From positions 8,364 through 72,363 of the forward strand of contig JAEOSU010000048.1 in assembly GCA_016840165.1 (NCBI GenBank): 64,000 nt of DNA. The letters run 5' to 3'. The stretch is from Promethearchaeota archaeon (GTDB lineage Archaea > Asgardarchaeota > Lokiarchaeia > Sigyniarchaeales > SOKP01). The notes under the pieces are model-generated. The model was not told where the DNA came from. It did no database searches and saw only the letters and a program-made list of their open reading frames with translations. Every line of letters begins with the position of its first letter. Position 1 is the first letter of the stretch. The translations under genes and the position numbers were made by a program. Shown here in pieces: positions 19,328 to 28,887 of the stretch.

Positions 19328-19374
19328 AATAAATCAACTCAATTTTTATATTATTTTTAATTGATTATAAGCCT

Positions 19375-20976
19375 TCATTTTGTTGGGTTAATTCGTTTAA
19401 AATACTTCAGATTAAAATCTTGAAAGCATGAGTCCATTGATTCAATATTCTCTAAATCTTTTACAGATAATCTGGTTTGATCGTTCAGATTTTTCGCAGC
19501 CCAGATTAATTTATTAAAAAATTGATGATGCTTATGAAATCTCTGATTTGCATATTCCTTTGCTTGTTTTGTATATAATAGAAATGGCCAATCGCTACCC
19601 TCCATCAATAAAAGTTCTCGTGCAGTTTGTTTGAGAACTCTTTGTTCCCAATCTCCAGAATTTGGGGGATTTTCTAACACATCTTCAAATTGCTTAATCG
19701 AAGAGTTGATGTAGGGCCAGATCCATCCATGCTCAGGATTTAACCATACTTGGAAGTGGCCTCCTTCACCCCAACTACTTTCTTTCATCCTGATAGTCGA
19801 AAAATTTCGCTTATAAACGGATAAATATTCCGAAATGGTTATCATTTCAATATCATTCGCGTTAATTATTGACTGAAATAATAATTTAAGCCACTGAATG
19901 CCTTCTTTCCACCAATGTCCGTATAACTCAAAGTCAAAAGGAGAAACAATAATTCCTTGAGTTCCATATGCATCATAAAATGCGTTAATTTCTTCCTTTA
20001 ATAGGGAAAGATAATGAGTGACATTATCTTTAATTTGTTCCATGGCTTTTTCAGGATGATATAGCTCTTTTGCCTGATTACCAATATCTTTATTTGTAAT
20101 TCTCCAATAATTTAACCCCGATTCTTCATCTTTTTTATGAAATTCCATATAGAACTCATTTCCAGGATATCCTATTTTTGCATCCCAAACTTGCCTGCTA
20201 GCCTTTTTATTCCTTCCAAACACAGAGATTCCGGACTCTAAATCATAACCAATGTTGGTATTTAACCCTATCTTGTTATTCGATTCCAGTATTTCTGCAT
20301 CCAAGATGCCATGGGAATCTACAAAAAAATATTCAATTTCAGAATTATGCAGCCAGTAATCAATACTTTCTCGAAATTCTCCATTAGTATAAATTTTAGG
20401 ACGATATGCACATTCAGGTAACCAGAAACCTTTAGGTGGTTTTCCAAAATATTTCTTATGTGTATCTACGGCTAATTGAATCTGTGAAAAAATACCCGAA
20501 TCGCTTTCCATAAGAGGAAGAAAAGCATGTGTTGCTGCACATGAAATTAATTCAATTATTTTTTCATTTTGTAACCACCTAAAGCTTCCTAAGATATCTC
20601 GATAATAATTATGATAATACGTATCTAAAATATGCTCAAAATTTTTTAAATGCGATTCTGCTAAATCCTTTCTTCTTGGTTGATTCTTAAAGCGTTGAAT
20701 ATCATTTTTAGCTCTCGAAATGAGATTATCCATGTATTCAGTATATCTTTGGTTCATGTATTCATCTGCAAATTGCTCTGCTAAAGTGGGAGTAATGTTA
20801 ATAGTAATTGCTGTTTTTAAATTTTCTTCTTTAAGTTCCCTCAAAATATTTAACATAGGAATGTAAGTCTCATTCATCGCCTCAAATAACCATTCCTCGC
20901 CCGCAGGCCATGTACCAGATTTTTTACACCATGGTATATGGCCATGCAATACTAAACCGAAATAACCTTTACTCAT
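19375..20976 (-). CDS. GH57 1,4-alpha-glucan branching enzyme (DUF1957-containing)
   Basis: LHGHIP, GEEWLFEA, WLPECAY (nucleophile), PFDFELYGHWW (acid/base), SDWPF. Confidence 0.92.
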   Translation of the reverse strand: MSKGYFGLVLHGHIPWCKKSGTWPAGEEWLFEAMNETYIPMLNILRELKEENLKTAITINITPTLAEQFADEYMNQRYTEYMDNLISRAKNDIQRFKNQPRRKDLAESHLKNFEHILDTYYHNYYRDILGSFRWLQNEKIIELISCAATHAFLPLMESDSGIFSQIQLAVDTHKKYFGKPPKGFWLPECAYRPKIYTNGEFRESIDYWLHNSEIEYFFVDSHGILDAEILESNNKIGLNTNIGYDLESGISVFGRNKKASRQVWDAKIGYPGNEFYMEFHKKDEESGLNYWRITNKDIGNQAKELYHPEKAMEQIKDNVTHYLSLLKEEINAFYDAYGTQGIIVSPFDFELYGHWWKEGIQWLKLLFQSIINANDIEMITISEYLSVYKRNFSTIRMKESSWGEGGHFQVWLNPEHGWIWPYINSSIKQFEDVLENPPNSGDWEQRVLKQTARELLLMEGSDWPFLLYTKQAKEYANQRFHKHHQFFNKLIWAAKNLNDQTRLSVKDLENIESMDSCFQDFNLKYFKRINPTK

Positions 20977-21096
20977 ATCTATAAAAATGAGAAATAGAAT
21001 TATATTTTTATCTAAATTCTCATTAGAGCAAGAATAAATCCAAATTAGAAATTTTTAAAGATATTTTTAAATTCACCTTCACTTTAGTTTTCAATC

Positions 21097-21855
21097 ATGA
21101 ATCAGTGGACTTTATTCTTAATTATTTTAGCTTGTATTATTTTAGTTATCCTAATTTTTAGTGTACCTCGGAAAAAAATTGAAAGAATTGTCAGTATAGA
21201 GGCGCTTGATGATCCTGAGGTAGCAAAAGCATTTGAGAAAATGACTAACTTTTTTCCATTTAAAATACTGCGGAAAAGAATTATATCTGAATTAAAGCAT
21301 TATGATTTGCATGGAATATTGGTAGATGTTGGATGTGGTTCTGGAAATCTTGCTGTACAAATTGCTAATGAATTTAATGATCTTGAACTTATAGCTATGG
21401 ATTTATCAAAAGAAATCCTTAATTTAGCTAAGATTAGAGCTACAAAAGCTCACTTGGATGAAAAAATTAAATTTAAAATAGGAAGTGTTGAGAAAATTCC
21501 TTTAGATGATAAATCTGTAGATTTTATTATCAGTTCTCTTTCTTTACATCATTGGTACGACCCTAAACTTGCATTTAAAGAACTTTTACGTATCATAAAA
21601 GATGATGGAATCATTCTTATTTTTGATTTTCGTAGGAATTCACGCAGATTTTTCTACGGATTGCTGAAATTTGCTACGAAAGTTGTAGTACCAAATGCGT
21701 TAAAAAAGATTAATGAACCATTAGGTTCATTAAAAGCAGGGTATATAACTGAGGAGTTAAAGGCCATGTTTAGCGATCTAAATATAAAAGATTATGTTAT
21801 TAAACCATATCTGGCTTGGATGTTTATTAGTATTAAAAAATCATATGACTTATAG
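21097..21855 (+). CDS. Class I SAM-dependent methyltransferase with N-terminal membrane anchor
   Basis: VDVGCGSG, SLHHW motifs; hydrophobic N-terminus. Confidence 0.9.
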   Translation: MNQWTLFLIILACIILVILIFSVPRKKIERIVSIEALDDPEVAKAFEKMTNFFPFKILRKRIISELKHYDLHGILVDVGCGSGNLAVQIANEFNDLELIAMDLSKEILNLAKIRATKAHLDEKIKFKIGSVEKIPLDDKSVDFIISSLSLHHWYDPKLAFKELLRIIKDDGIILIFDFRRNSRRFFYGLLKFATKVVVPNALKKINEPLGSLKAGYITEELKAMFSDLNIKDYVIKPYLAWMFISIKKSYDL

Positions 21856-21929
21856 AGATAACTAAGACTTTTTAAAGATTGTAAATTCCATTTTCTAGAA
21901 GTATTTATAACTTCAGTATACTATACAAG

Positions 21930-23111
21930 ATGATTATTATGACAAGTAAACCTAAAGCAATTGTTTCACCACCATCTAAGGAGGAGTTGAACTACCGATT
22001 AGAAAAAGTAAGAAATGAGATGAGAAAGCAACAATTAGATTATTATGTCTCCTTTGATCCGGTGAATATTTATTATTTAACCAATTTTGCGAATAATGTA
22101 CATGAGCGTCCATTTATTTTAATAATTAAGGGTAATGATACACCTAGTATGCTAGTGCCGCTATTAGAGAAAAGTCATGTTGAATCTAGAGCTTTATGTG
22201 ACCTCAATTATGAATCTTATTACGAATTTCCCGCTCCTAAAGGTCAAAACTGGTATGATGTGTACCAGAATTTAATTGATAAAGATAAAAAAGTAGGTGT
22301 CGAATCATCATTACCGATAGGAATCTCACATCGAACACCGGGAAATAAGGTTGTTACAGATATAATTAATGAAGCACGTATAATAAAAACTGACTATGAA
22401 GTCGGACGCTCGGTTCATGCATGCCGGGTGATTAACAAAGGGCATAAGGAACTTTTAAAAATGTGTCAACCAGGAATCCATGAATTTGCAATATACCAGA
22501 AAATCACAGGAATAATGACTTCAAAAATTATTACTGATATCCCCAACGCTAATTTCATGGTATGTAAAACTACCGCAGCAGTGTGGCCACCTTCTTTTTC
22601 TCATGATCCTCATATCATTCCGAAAATTTTTGCACAGATGGAAGAGGGTGGACCTCACGTCTCGATTGTGTATGCTCAAGTAGATGGATATGGAGTAGAA
22701 ATTGAACGCACATTTTTCCTTGGCAAAGTATCAGAGAGAGCAAAAAAAGTATTTGATGTTATGTTTAATGCAAGAGAATATGCTTACAGTATGCTTCAAC
22801 CGGGAGAGTTAATGAGTGAGATAGATAAAAAAGTTCGAAAATTTATAACAGAAAAAGGATACGGGGATTATATTATTCATCGAACTGGACACGGTCTAGG
22901 AATAACTGGTCATGAAGCTCCATTCTTAGCTGAAGGTTATGACAGAGAACTTGAGCCAAATATGTTAATTAGCGTTGAACCAGGGATATATATCCCAAAT
23001 TTAGGAGGCTTTAGGCACTCGGATTCAGTATTGATTACAGAAGATGGTTTTATTAAGTTATCAAAAGCGCCAGAAACCATTGAAGAACTTACGATTCCTA
23101 TTAAAAAGTAG
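21930..23111 (+). CDS. M24 family (Xaa-Pro peptidase/creatinase-like) hydrolase
   Basis: Creatinase_N-like N-domain, HRTGHGLG..HEAP, SVEPGIY; some metal ligands altered. Confidence 0.85.
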   Translation: MIIMTSKPKAIVSPPSKEELNYRLEKVRNEMRKQQLDYYVSFDPVNIYYLTNFANNVHERPFILIIKGNDTPSMLVPLLEKSHVESRALCDLNYESYYEFPAPKGQNWYDVYQNLIDKDKKVGVESSLPIGISHRTPGNKVVTDIINEARIIKTDYEVGRSVHACRVINKGHKELLKMCQPGIHEFAIYQKITGIMTSKIITDIPNANFMVCKTTAAVWPPSFSHDPHIIPKIFAQMEEGGPHVSIVYAQVDGYGVEIERTFFLGKVSERAKKVFDVMFNAREYAYSMLQPGELMSEIDKKVRKFITEKGYGDYIIHRTGHGLGITGHEAPFLAEGYDRELEPNMLISVEPGIYIPNLGGFRHSDSVLITEDGFIKLSKAPETIEELTIPIKK

Positions 23112-23133
23112 AGTTTTCTCTAAGCTATTTATT

Positions 23134-25494
23134 CTAGTAGGAGGTATGTTCAGTTCTTTTAATAATTTCATCCTGCAAATCATTGCCTAAATTTACAAAA
23201 TAATCACTATAACCTGCAACTCTGACAATTAAATCACTATATAATTTCGGAGAGTCTTGTGCTGCTCGTAATGTATTCGCTGACACGACATTAAATTGGA
23301 TATGATGACCACCATTCTCAAAATAAGATCTAATCAAATTAGCTACTTTTTCAATACCTTCAATAGTTTTTAGCAATTCTGGGGTAAATTTTTGGTTTAA
23401 TAATGTACCGCCAGTTCGTAAATGATCGATTTTAGATGCTGAATTGAGAACGGCAGTTGGTCCATTGACATCCATACCTTGAACAGGTGAGATTCCTTCA
23501 GAAAGAGGCATTTGTGATCTACGACCATCAGGAGTAGCCCCAGTCACTTTCCCAAAATAGATATGAACGGTAGTAGGAAGTAGGTTTATATGATATGCTC
23601 CACCTTTTGTATTTGGGCGATTTTCAACAATATTATATACCATATCAAATACTATTTTAGTCAATTCATCAACATAGTCATTGTCATTACCATACTTAGG
23701 TGTTTTTGACAGAAATTTCTGATGAAGAGTCTCATATCCTTGAAAATCTTTATTTAATACTTCAACCATCTTTTCCATGGATAAAATTTCTTTATCAAAA
23801 ACATTATATTTTATGGACGCTAGTGAATCAGTAATCGAGCCCATCCCTACAATTTGAATGTAAGAAGTGTTATACTTCGCACCTCCATCATTATAATCCT
23901 TTCCTTTTTTAATGCAATCCTCTATTAAAAGAGATAAGAATGGGGCGGGACTTTCTGCCCATATACGTTCAATTATCTGATTGCCTTTTATTTTAATATC
24001 AAGAAAATACTGTAATTGCTTATTATAAGCATCTAAAAAAGCTTTAAAATTGTTAAAACTGGAACAATGGCCTGTTTTTAATCCAATCTGTTTGCCAGTC
24101 TGAGGGTCGATACCATTATTAAGAGTTATTTCGAGAATTTTGACTAAATTGAAATAACCAGTCAAAATATAAGATTCCTTTCCAAAAGCACCAACTTCTA
24201 CACAACCGCTTGCTCCTCCATTTCTTGCATCCTCAATTGATTTTCCTTGTCTTATTAATTCTTGAATAATAAGATCGGTATTGAAAAGTGATGGTTGCCC
24301 AAAACCTGTTTTAATGATCTCTAAAGCTCTTATTAAAATTTGGTCTGGAGTTTTTTTACTGACTTGTACGTTACTACTAGGCTGAACTATTCTCATCTCT
24401 TCAATAACATCCAATAGCATATAAGATAATTCATTTACTCCATCAGTCCCATCCTCTTTTAATCCACCAATGTTAATATTGCAGAAATCAGTATAGGTAT
24501 TACTTTCTTCGGCGGTAACTCCTACTTTTGGTGGTGCAGGTTGATTGTTGAACTTAACCCAGAACGCTTGAAGGAGTTCATAGGCTTTTTCTCGTGTTAA
24601 AGAACCATCTTTTATTCCTTGAGTATAAAAGGGATAAAGATGTTGATCTAATCTTCCAGGATTAAAGGAATCCCATGTATTATATTCTATTATTACACCT
24701 AAATGAATAAACCAGTAATGTTGTAAGGCTTCCCAAAAATTTCTTGGTCGATTAGCTGGCACATGCGAACAGATTTCTGCCAAAGTAAGTAATTCTTCTT
24801 TTCTTGTCTCATCATTTTCTAATTCAGCCATGTTTGCAAGTTGTACTGAATAGCGTTTTGCTAAATTAATAATAGCATCAGCTACTATATTCATTGCTCT
24901 TAACTGCTCACGTTTATTGAAAGCATCAGGATCGTTAAAAAAATCAAGGAGTTGCATATTAATTTGTATCTCATTTTTAAGATCTAATAATCCTTTCTGC
25001 CAAATCTGCTTTCCTGCGACAGTATGACCCGGTGCTCGTTGTTCCATAAATTCTGTAAAGATACCTGTCTCGTAAGCATCAATCCAATTGTTATCCATTT
25101 GATTGAATATTTGATTTCGAATTGAACGATGTTTCCAATATGGTATAATTATCTCTTCACTTTGACGCTTAACTTCATCAGATACGGCAAATGATACTTT
25201 TGGTCTATTATCAAGTATTTCTAAATCTTGAATACTATGACAACATACTTCTGGATAAGTTGGAGTCGCATTTGGTTCAGGTCCTCGTTCTCCAACGATT
25301 AACTCCCCTTTATTGATACATAGCTTTTTATTATCCAACAGATATTTAAATGCTTTTGCTCTTCTTACTGGGGGAGTCTCTTTGAAAGCAATATCTTTTT
25401 GATAGAATTCAGTAATCAATAATGCTCTCTCTAAAGAGATCTTGGGCGTTGCCTGAAGACTTTGATTGCGAAGTTTTTCAATTCTATGATTCAT
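23134..25494 (-). CDS. hypD: Glycyl radical enzyme, trans-4-hydroxy-L-proline dehydratase type
   Basis: FMEQRAPGH, WDSFNPGR, EESNTYTDF, SGCVE, GYFN, LLPTT and RVAGYS match the HypD residue pattern as I recall it. Confidence 0.82.
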   Translation of the reverse strand: MNHRIEKLRNQSLQATPKISLERALLITEFYQKDIAFKETPPVRRAKAFKYLLDNKKLCINKGELIVGERGPEPNATPTYPEVCCHSIQDLEILDNRPKVSFAVSDEVKRQSEEIIIPYWKHRSIRNQIFNQMDNNWIDAYETGIFTEFMEQRAPGHTVAGKQIWQKGLLDLKNEIQINMQLLDFFNDPDAFNKREQLRAMNIVADAIINLAKRYSVQLANMAELENDETRKEELLTLAEICSHVPANRPRNFWEALQHYWFIHLGVIIEYNTWDSFNPGRLDQHLYPFYTQGIKDGSLTREKAYELLQAFWVKFNNQPAPPKVGVTAEESNTYTDFCNINIGGLKEDGTDGVNELSYMLLDVIEEMRIVQPSSNVQVSKKTPDQILIRALEIIKTGFGQPSLFNTDLIIQELIRQGKSIEDARNGGASGCVEVGAFGKESYILTGYFNLVKILEITLNNGIDPQTGKQIGLKTGHCSSFNNFKAFLDAYNKQLQYFLDIKIKGNQIIERIWAESPAPFLSLLIEDCIKKGKDYNDGGAKYNTSYIQIVGMGSITDSLASIKYNVFDKEILSMEKMVEVLNKDFQGYETLHQKFLSKTPKYGNDNDYVDELTKIVFDMVYNIVENRPNTKGGAYHINLLPTTVHIYFGKVTGATPDGRRSQMPLSEGISPVQGMDVNGPTAVLNSASKIDHLRTGGTLLNQKFTPELLKTIEGIEKVANLIRSYFENGGHHIQFNVVSANTLRAAQDSPKLYSDLIVRVAGYSDYFVNLGNDLQDEIIKRTEHTSY

Positions 25495-25573
25495 AATATC
25501 TATTTCAATTGAATATTAATCAGAATTAATGTTTAAGTTTGACTAATATTATCAATTAGGAAGATTTGAAGGA

Positions 25574-26074
25574 TTAAATTTCATTCATTATTTGACTTAG
25601 TGATTTTCTAAGGGTTGGTTTTGGAATGTTTCCTCTGATATATCCAAAAGGTAAGATGGTGAGTAAATAATCCTCTTTATTAATCCCTAATAACTTTTTA
25701 GCCTTTTCTCGATCCATCGAACCAATCGAACAAATTCCAATGCCTAATGACCATGCCATTAACATCATCTGCATTGAAACTAAAGAAGTATCGATCTTAT
25801 ACCAGTTCGGACTTTCGGAGGTTTTACCAACTATTACAATCGCTAATGGAGCACGCTTAAAAAATTTACCATAAATCGCTGTTTCTGAGACTTTTTGTAA
25901 TATCTCCTTATCTTTAATAATGATAAATTCCCATGGTTGACGATTAGAAGCGCTTGGAGTCCATCTCCCCGCTTCTAATATCATCTTAAGATGTTTCTCC
26001 TTGATTTCTTCTTTTTGAAAAGCCCGAATGCTACGTCTTTCCTTGAGAAACTCAAGAAATTCTTTTGGATCCAA
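25574..26074 (-). CDS. Nitroreductase family protein
   Basis: RRSIRAF, TPSASNRQPW, SLGIG motifs. Confidence 0.92.
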   Translation of the reverse strand: MDPKEFLEFLKERRSIRAFQKEEIKEKHLKMILEAGRWTPSASNRQPWEFIIIKDKEILQKVSETAIYGKFFKRAPLAIVIVGKTSESPNWYKIDTSLVSMQMMLMAWSLGIGICSIGSMDREKAKKLLGINKEDYLLTILPFGYIRGNIPKPTLRKSLSQIMNEI

Positions 26075-26166
26075 CTTAAGTAAAAAAAACCCCAGATCAA
26101 TTTAAAGATGATTTTTATATTCTATTCAAATTCACAACATAAAAAAATAATGATAAGATATTCTAA

Positions 26167-27570
26167 TTGATGTCATTTAGAGAATTAAAAGCAAATTATT
26201 TACATAAAAAGCAAGGTGTTAGTCATAGATCGGAAGAATATAAATTAATGGCAAAACATTACCCAGGACGCCATGAACCCCACGATAATTTTCTCTATGC
26301 TTTTCTTTGTCTGGTCTATGAAGGTGTGGATAAAATTGACAAGATTAAAAAACGGATGCGTCCTTTGTTTATTGCCGCTACCAATCAAGTTCTTGTGACT
26401 GATGAAGACGTAGAAGAGTATTTCTTAATCGCAAAAAAAGAGAAATTAATTAAATTCAAATCAGACAATATTATCGAATTAACAGAAGAGGGAAAACGGT
26501 TAGTAAAGGTAAGTTATTATCATAATCTTTATACCTCACATTACATGCGGATTTTTTTCTCTGAAAAAACCGCCATGGGTGCGACTGCTATATTTTTAAT
26601 TATTTTGTCTATCATGAAAATTCTCACTGGTTTACAGCTTGGTTCACAAGCAATGTTAACGGAAGGATTTGAAAATTTAACAGATTTAATCAAAATTGGG
26701 ATTATCGTGATTTTGAGTTTCAAATTCAAAAGAGATAAACTAGCAAGTATTATAATTATTGGGATAATGCTTTTTACGGGATTTAGTTTGATTTGGTCAG
26801 GAATTGAAGATCTATTAAACCCAAGCTCAATAATACCCACAATCCAAGCATATATCATTGGAATTGTCTCAATAGTTTTGAATTTTGGTTTATTGTTTCT
26901 TAAAGGTATGGTGGGAAGAATATCTGGGAATTTATCCCTTCTAAGTGATTCTAAAGATGCATCATTAAATATTCGACTCTCCGTGGGTGTATTAATTGGT
27001 TTGACATTTGCTATTTTTAAGATTTACTTTGTAGACGCAATAGTGGGAATTATTATTGCGATTTTGGTATTTATTGATGGAATTACAATTATTCGAGAGT
27101 TGCTTGTTAAGGAGGAGGATTTTGAAATAAGTTCGATAAAAGTATATGCTGATAATCTATACAATACCCGATTAACTGCTTATATCATTGGTAGTATTCG
27201 TAGAGAAGATTTGACTATTCAAGAATTACTATCTAATTTTAAGAGTGGCTTATCCGCTGGACGCTTATATTATGAGGGGTTTGCAGATTTTTTCTATACC
27301 AATTTGGATGTGAATGTTGCTAAAAAACATTTGGAGCAATTAATTAAGGGAAACTATATTGAAGAACGAAATGGAACCCTATATCTTACCCAAAAAGGAC
27401 TTAAAACATTCTACAAAGCAAAGGAAAAGGAGTTTAGACAAAGAGCGCAAAATATTGCTCAAGGACCTAGTATCACTCCAAAATTTATATCATGTATCGT
27501 ATTTTTTATCTTATTTATATTGTTGATTATATTTGCTCCACAACTCAACCAATGGTTAAGCAGTATTTAA
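26167..27570 (+). CDS. Cation diffusion facilitator-like membrane protein flanked by winged-helix-like domains (paralog 1)
   Basis: GSQAMLTEGFENLTD, SLLSDSKD, VDAIVGIII CDF-like TM core; IELTEEG and LYLTQKG wing-like motifs. Confidence 0.7.
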   Translation: MMSFRELKANYLHKKQGVSHRSEEYKLMAKHYPGRHEPHDNFLYAFLCLVYEGVDKIDKIKKRMRPLFIAATNQVLVTDEDVEEYFLIAKKEKLIKFKSDNIIELTEEGKRLVKVSYYHNLYTSHYMRIFFSEKTAMGATAIFLIILSIMKILTGLQLGSQAMLTEGFENLTDLIKIGIIVILSFKFKRDKLASIIIIGIMLFTGFSLIWSGIEDLLNPSSIIPTIQAYIIGIVSIVLNFGLLFLKGMVGRISGNLSLLSDSKDASLNIRLSVGVLIGLTFAIFKIYFVDAIVGIIIAILVFIDGITIIRELLVKEEDFEISSIKVYADNLYNTRLTAYIIGSIRREDLTIQELLSNFKSGLSAGRLYYEGFADFFYTNLDVNVAKKHLEQLIKGNYIEERNGTLYLTQKGLKTFYKAKEKEFRQRAQNIAQGPSITPKFISCIVFFILFILLIIFAPQLNQWLSSI

Positions 27571-28820
27571 TCGGTTGGCCTATTATTATAAAAATCAGAA
27601 TCAAGATTAGGATATATTTTCTTTTTTCTACCATCTTTTCTTAACTTTATAAGATTCAATTCCTTAAGCTTTTCTAAGTGATAATGAATAGTTTTATGAT
27701 CAACTTTGAATTTATTTTTGATTAAATTATTCCAAATTCCGGGATTTTCTTCTATCATTTCTAAAATCTCTAAAGTTAATCTACTCTTACTTAGTTGAAG
27801 ATCTATATTCGAGATGGGATTTTTTTGATAATATGGAAAGTAGGCAATAAATTTTCCTATTCTTTTCTTACCAATAACTTTGTATGTTTCGAGGATGTCT
27901 AAATGCCAAACTAAATTGCCTGCTGCTAGTCCTGTCCGCCGAAGTAATTCATTAAAGTGTACTCCGGGTTCCTTCAATATTATATCTATGATTTTATTTC
28001 TATTCTCGTTTTCTAAGACCTCCTCTAAAGAAAGACGATGTGCTCCTTTTTCAATAGGTATTGTCCTTGTTTTTAGATATTGGAAATAATCTTTTTTTGA
28101 GATTAAAATACCTATTGCTCCAACTCCTATTGCTCCTATAACAATAACCAAGATCCATATCCATCCATTAAAAACATCACTTAATTCAAAATATGTAATG
28201 AAATAATCCTTATCCGCTTCCAAGTCATATAGTATCCCTTCAAAGAAAACTTCTGAACTTGATTCATTTACTTTTTCTAAAGTTTCGATTAATTCCCAAG
28301 AATCTTTTGTGTTATCATAGATCGCTAAGGAATACTTTGTTTCAGGATTAAATCCATATTTGGGTAATTTTGATCCTTCAATAGTTAGTTTTTCTACCGT
28401 CGTATTAGTTTTTACTCGAAAGATACAATTATAGCGATATTGAAACGGAGTACCCTCCTTCACAGGTCCCTGTGGAGTTTTAGTCATTCCAAAATTTTGA
28501 ATATTTGGTTTTGAAGTAATATTTAGGAATATTGGATTAGAATTATTTATTTGAAAGTAGGTTTGGCGATCTCTTATTCCATTATCATATTCAATGTGAA
28601 GATCTATTGATGTATTAGTAGTAATGTCAAAAATAATCTGATTAGAAAAAATATATTTCACGGTTTCATTCGGATTGATATGATCATCGGTTGACAATCC
28701 ACCAACGTTTACGGTTCTTGATGCTAATATCTGGGTTAATAGCAAATTAAACTCAAAAAACACTAACAAGAGAAAGAGTAAACTCAACCACTTTTTTCTT
28801 GCTATTTTCAAAGAACCCAT
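27567..28820 (-). CDS. Membrane-spanning transcriptional regulator: signal/TM, ectodomain, TM, tandem wHTH
   Basis: N-terminal hydrophobic helix, sequon-rich ectodomain, TM WIWILVIVIGAIGVGAIGILI, then PGVHFNEL..GNLVWHLDIL and PGI...TIHYHLEKL. ATG 28820 preferred over 28934, which overlaps the upstream gene. Confidence 0.8.
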   Translation of the reverse strand: MGSLKIARKKWLSLLFLLLVFFEFNLLLTQILASRTVNVGGLSTDDHINPNETVKYIFSNQIIFDITTNTSIDLHIEYDNGIRDRQTYFQINNSNPIFLNITSKPNIQNFGMTKTPQGPVKEGTPFQYRYNCIFRVKTNTTVEKLTIEGSKLPKYGFNPETKYSLAIYDNTKDSWELIETLEKVNESSSEVFFEGILYDLEADKDYFITYFELSDVFNGWIWILVIVIGAIGVGAIGILISKKDYFQYLKTRTIPIEKGAHRLSLEEVLENENRNKIIDIILKEPGVHFNELLRRTGLAAGNLVWHLDILETYKVIGKKRIGKFIAYFPYYQKNPISNIDLQLSKSRLTLEILEMIEENPGIWNNLIKNKFKVDHKTIHYHLEKLKELNLIKLRKDGRKKKIYPNLDSDFYNNRPTD

Positions 28821-28887
28821 TTTAACTATTCTACTTTTATGTTTAATTAATAAATTATAATAATTGAAAAAAAAAAAATAATTGGAT

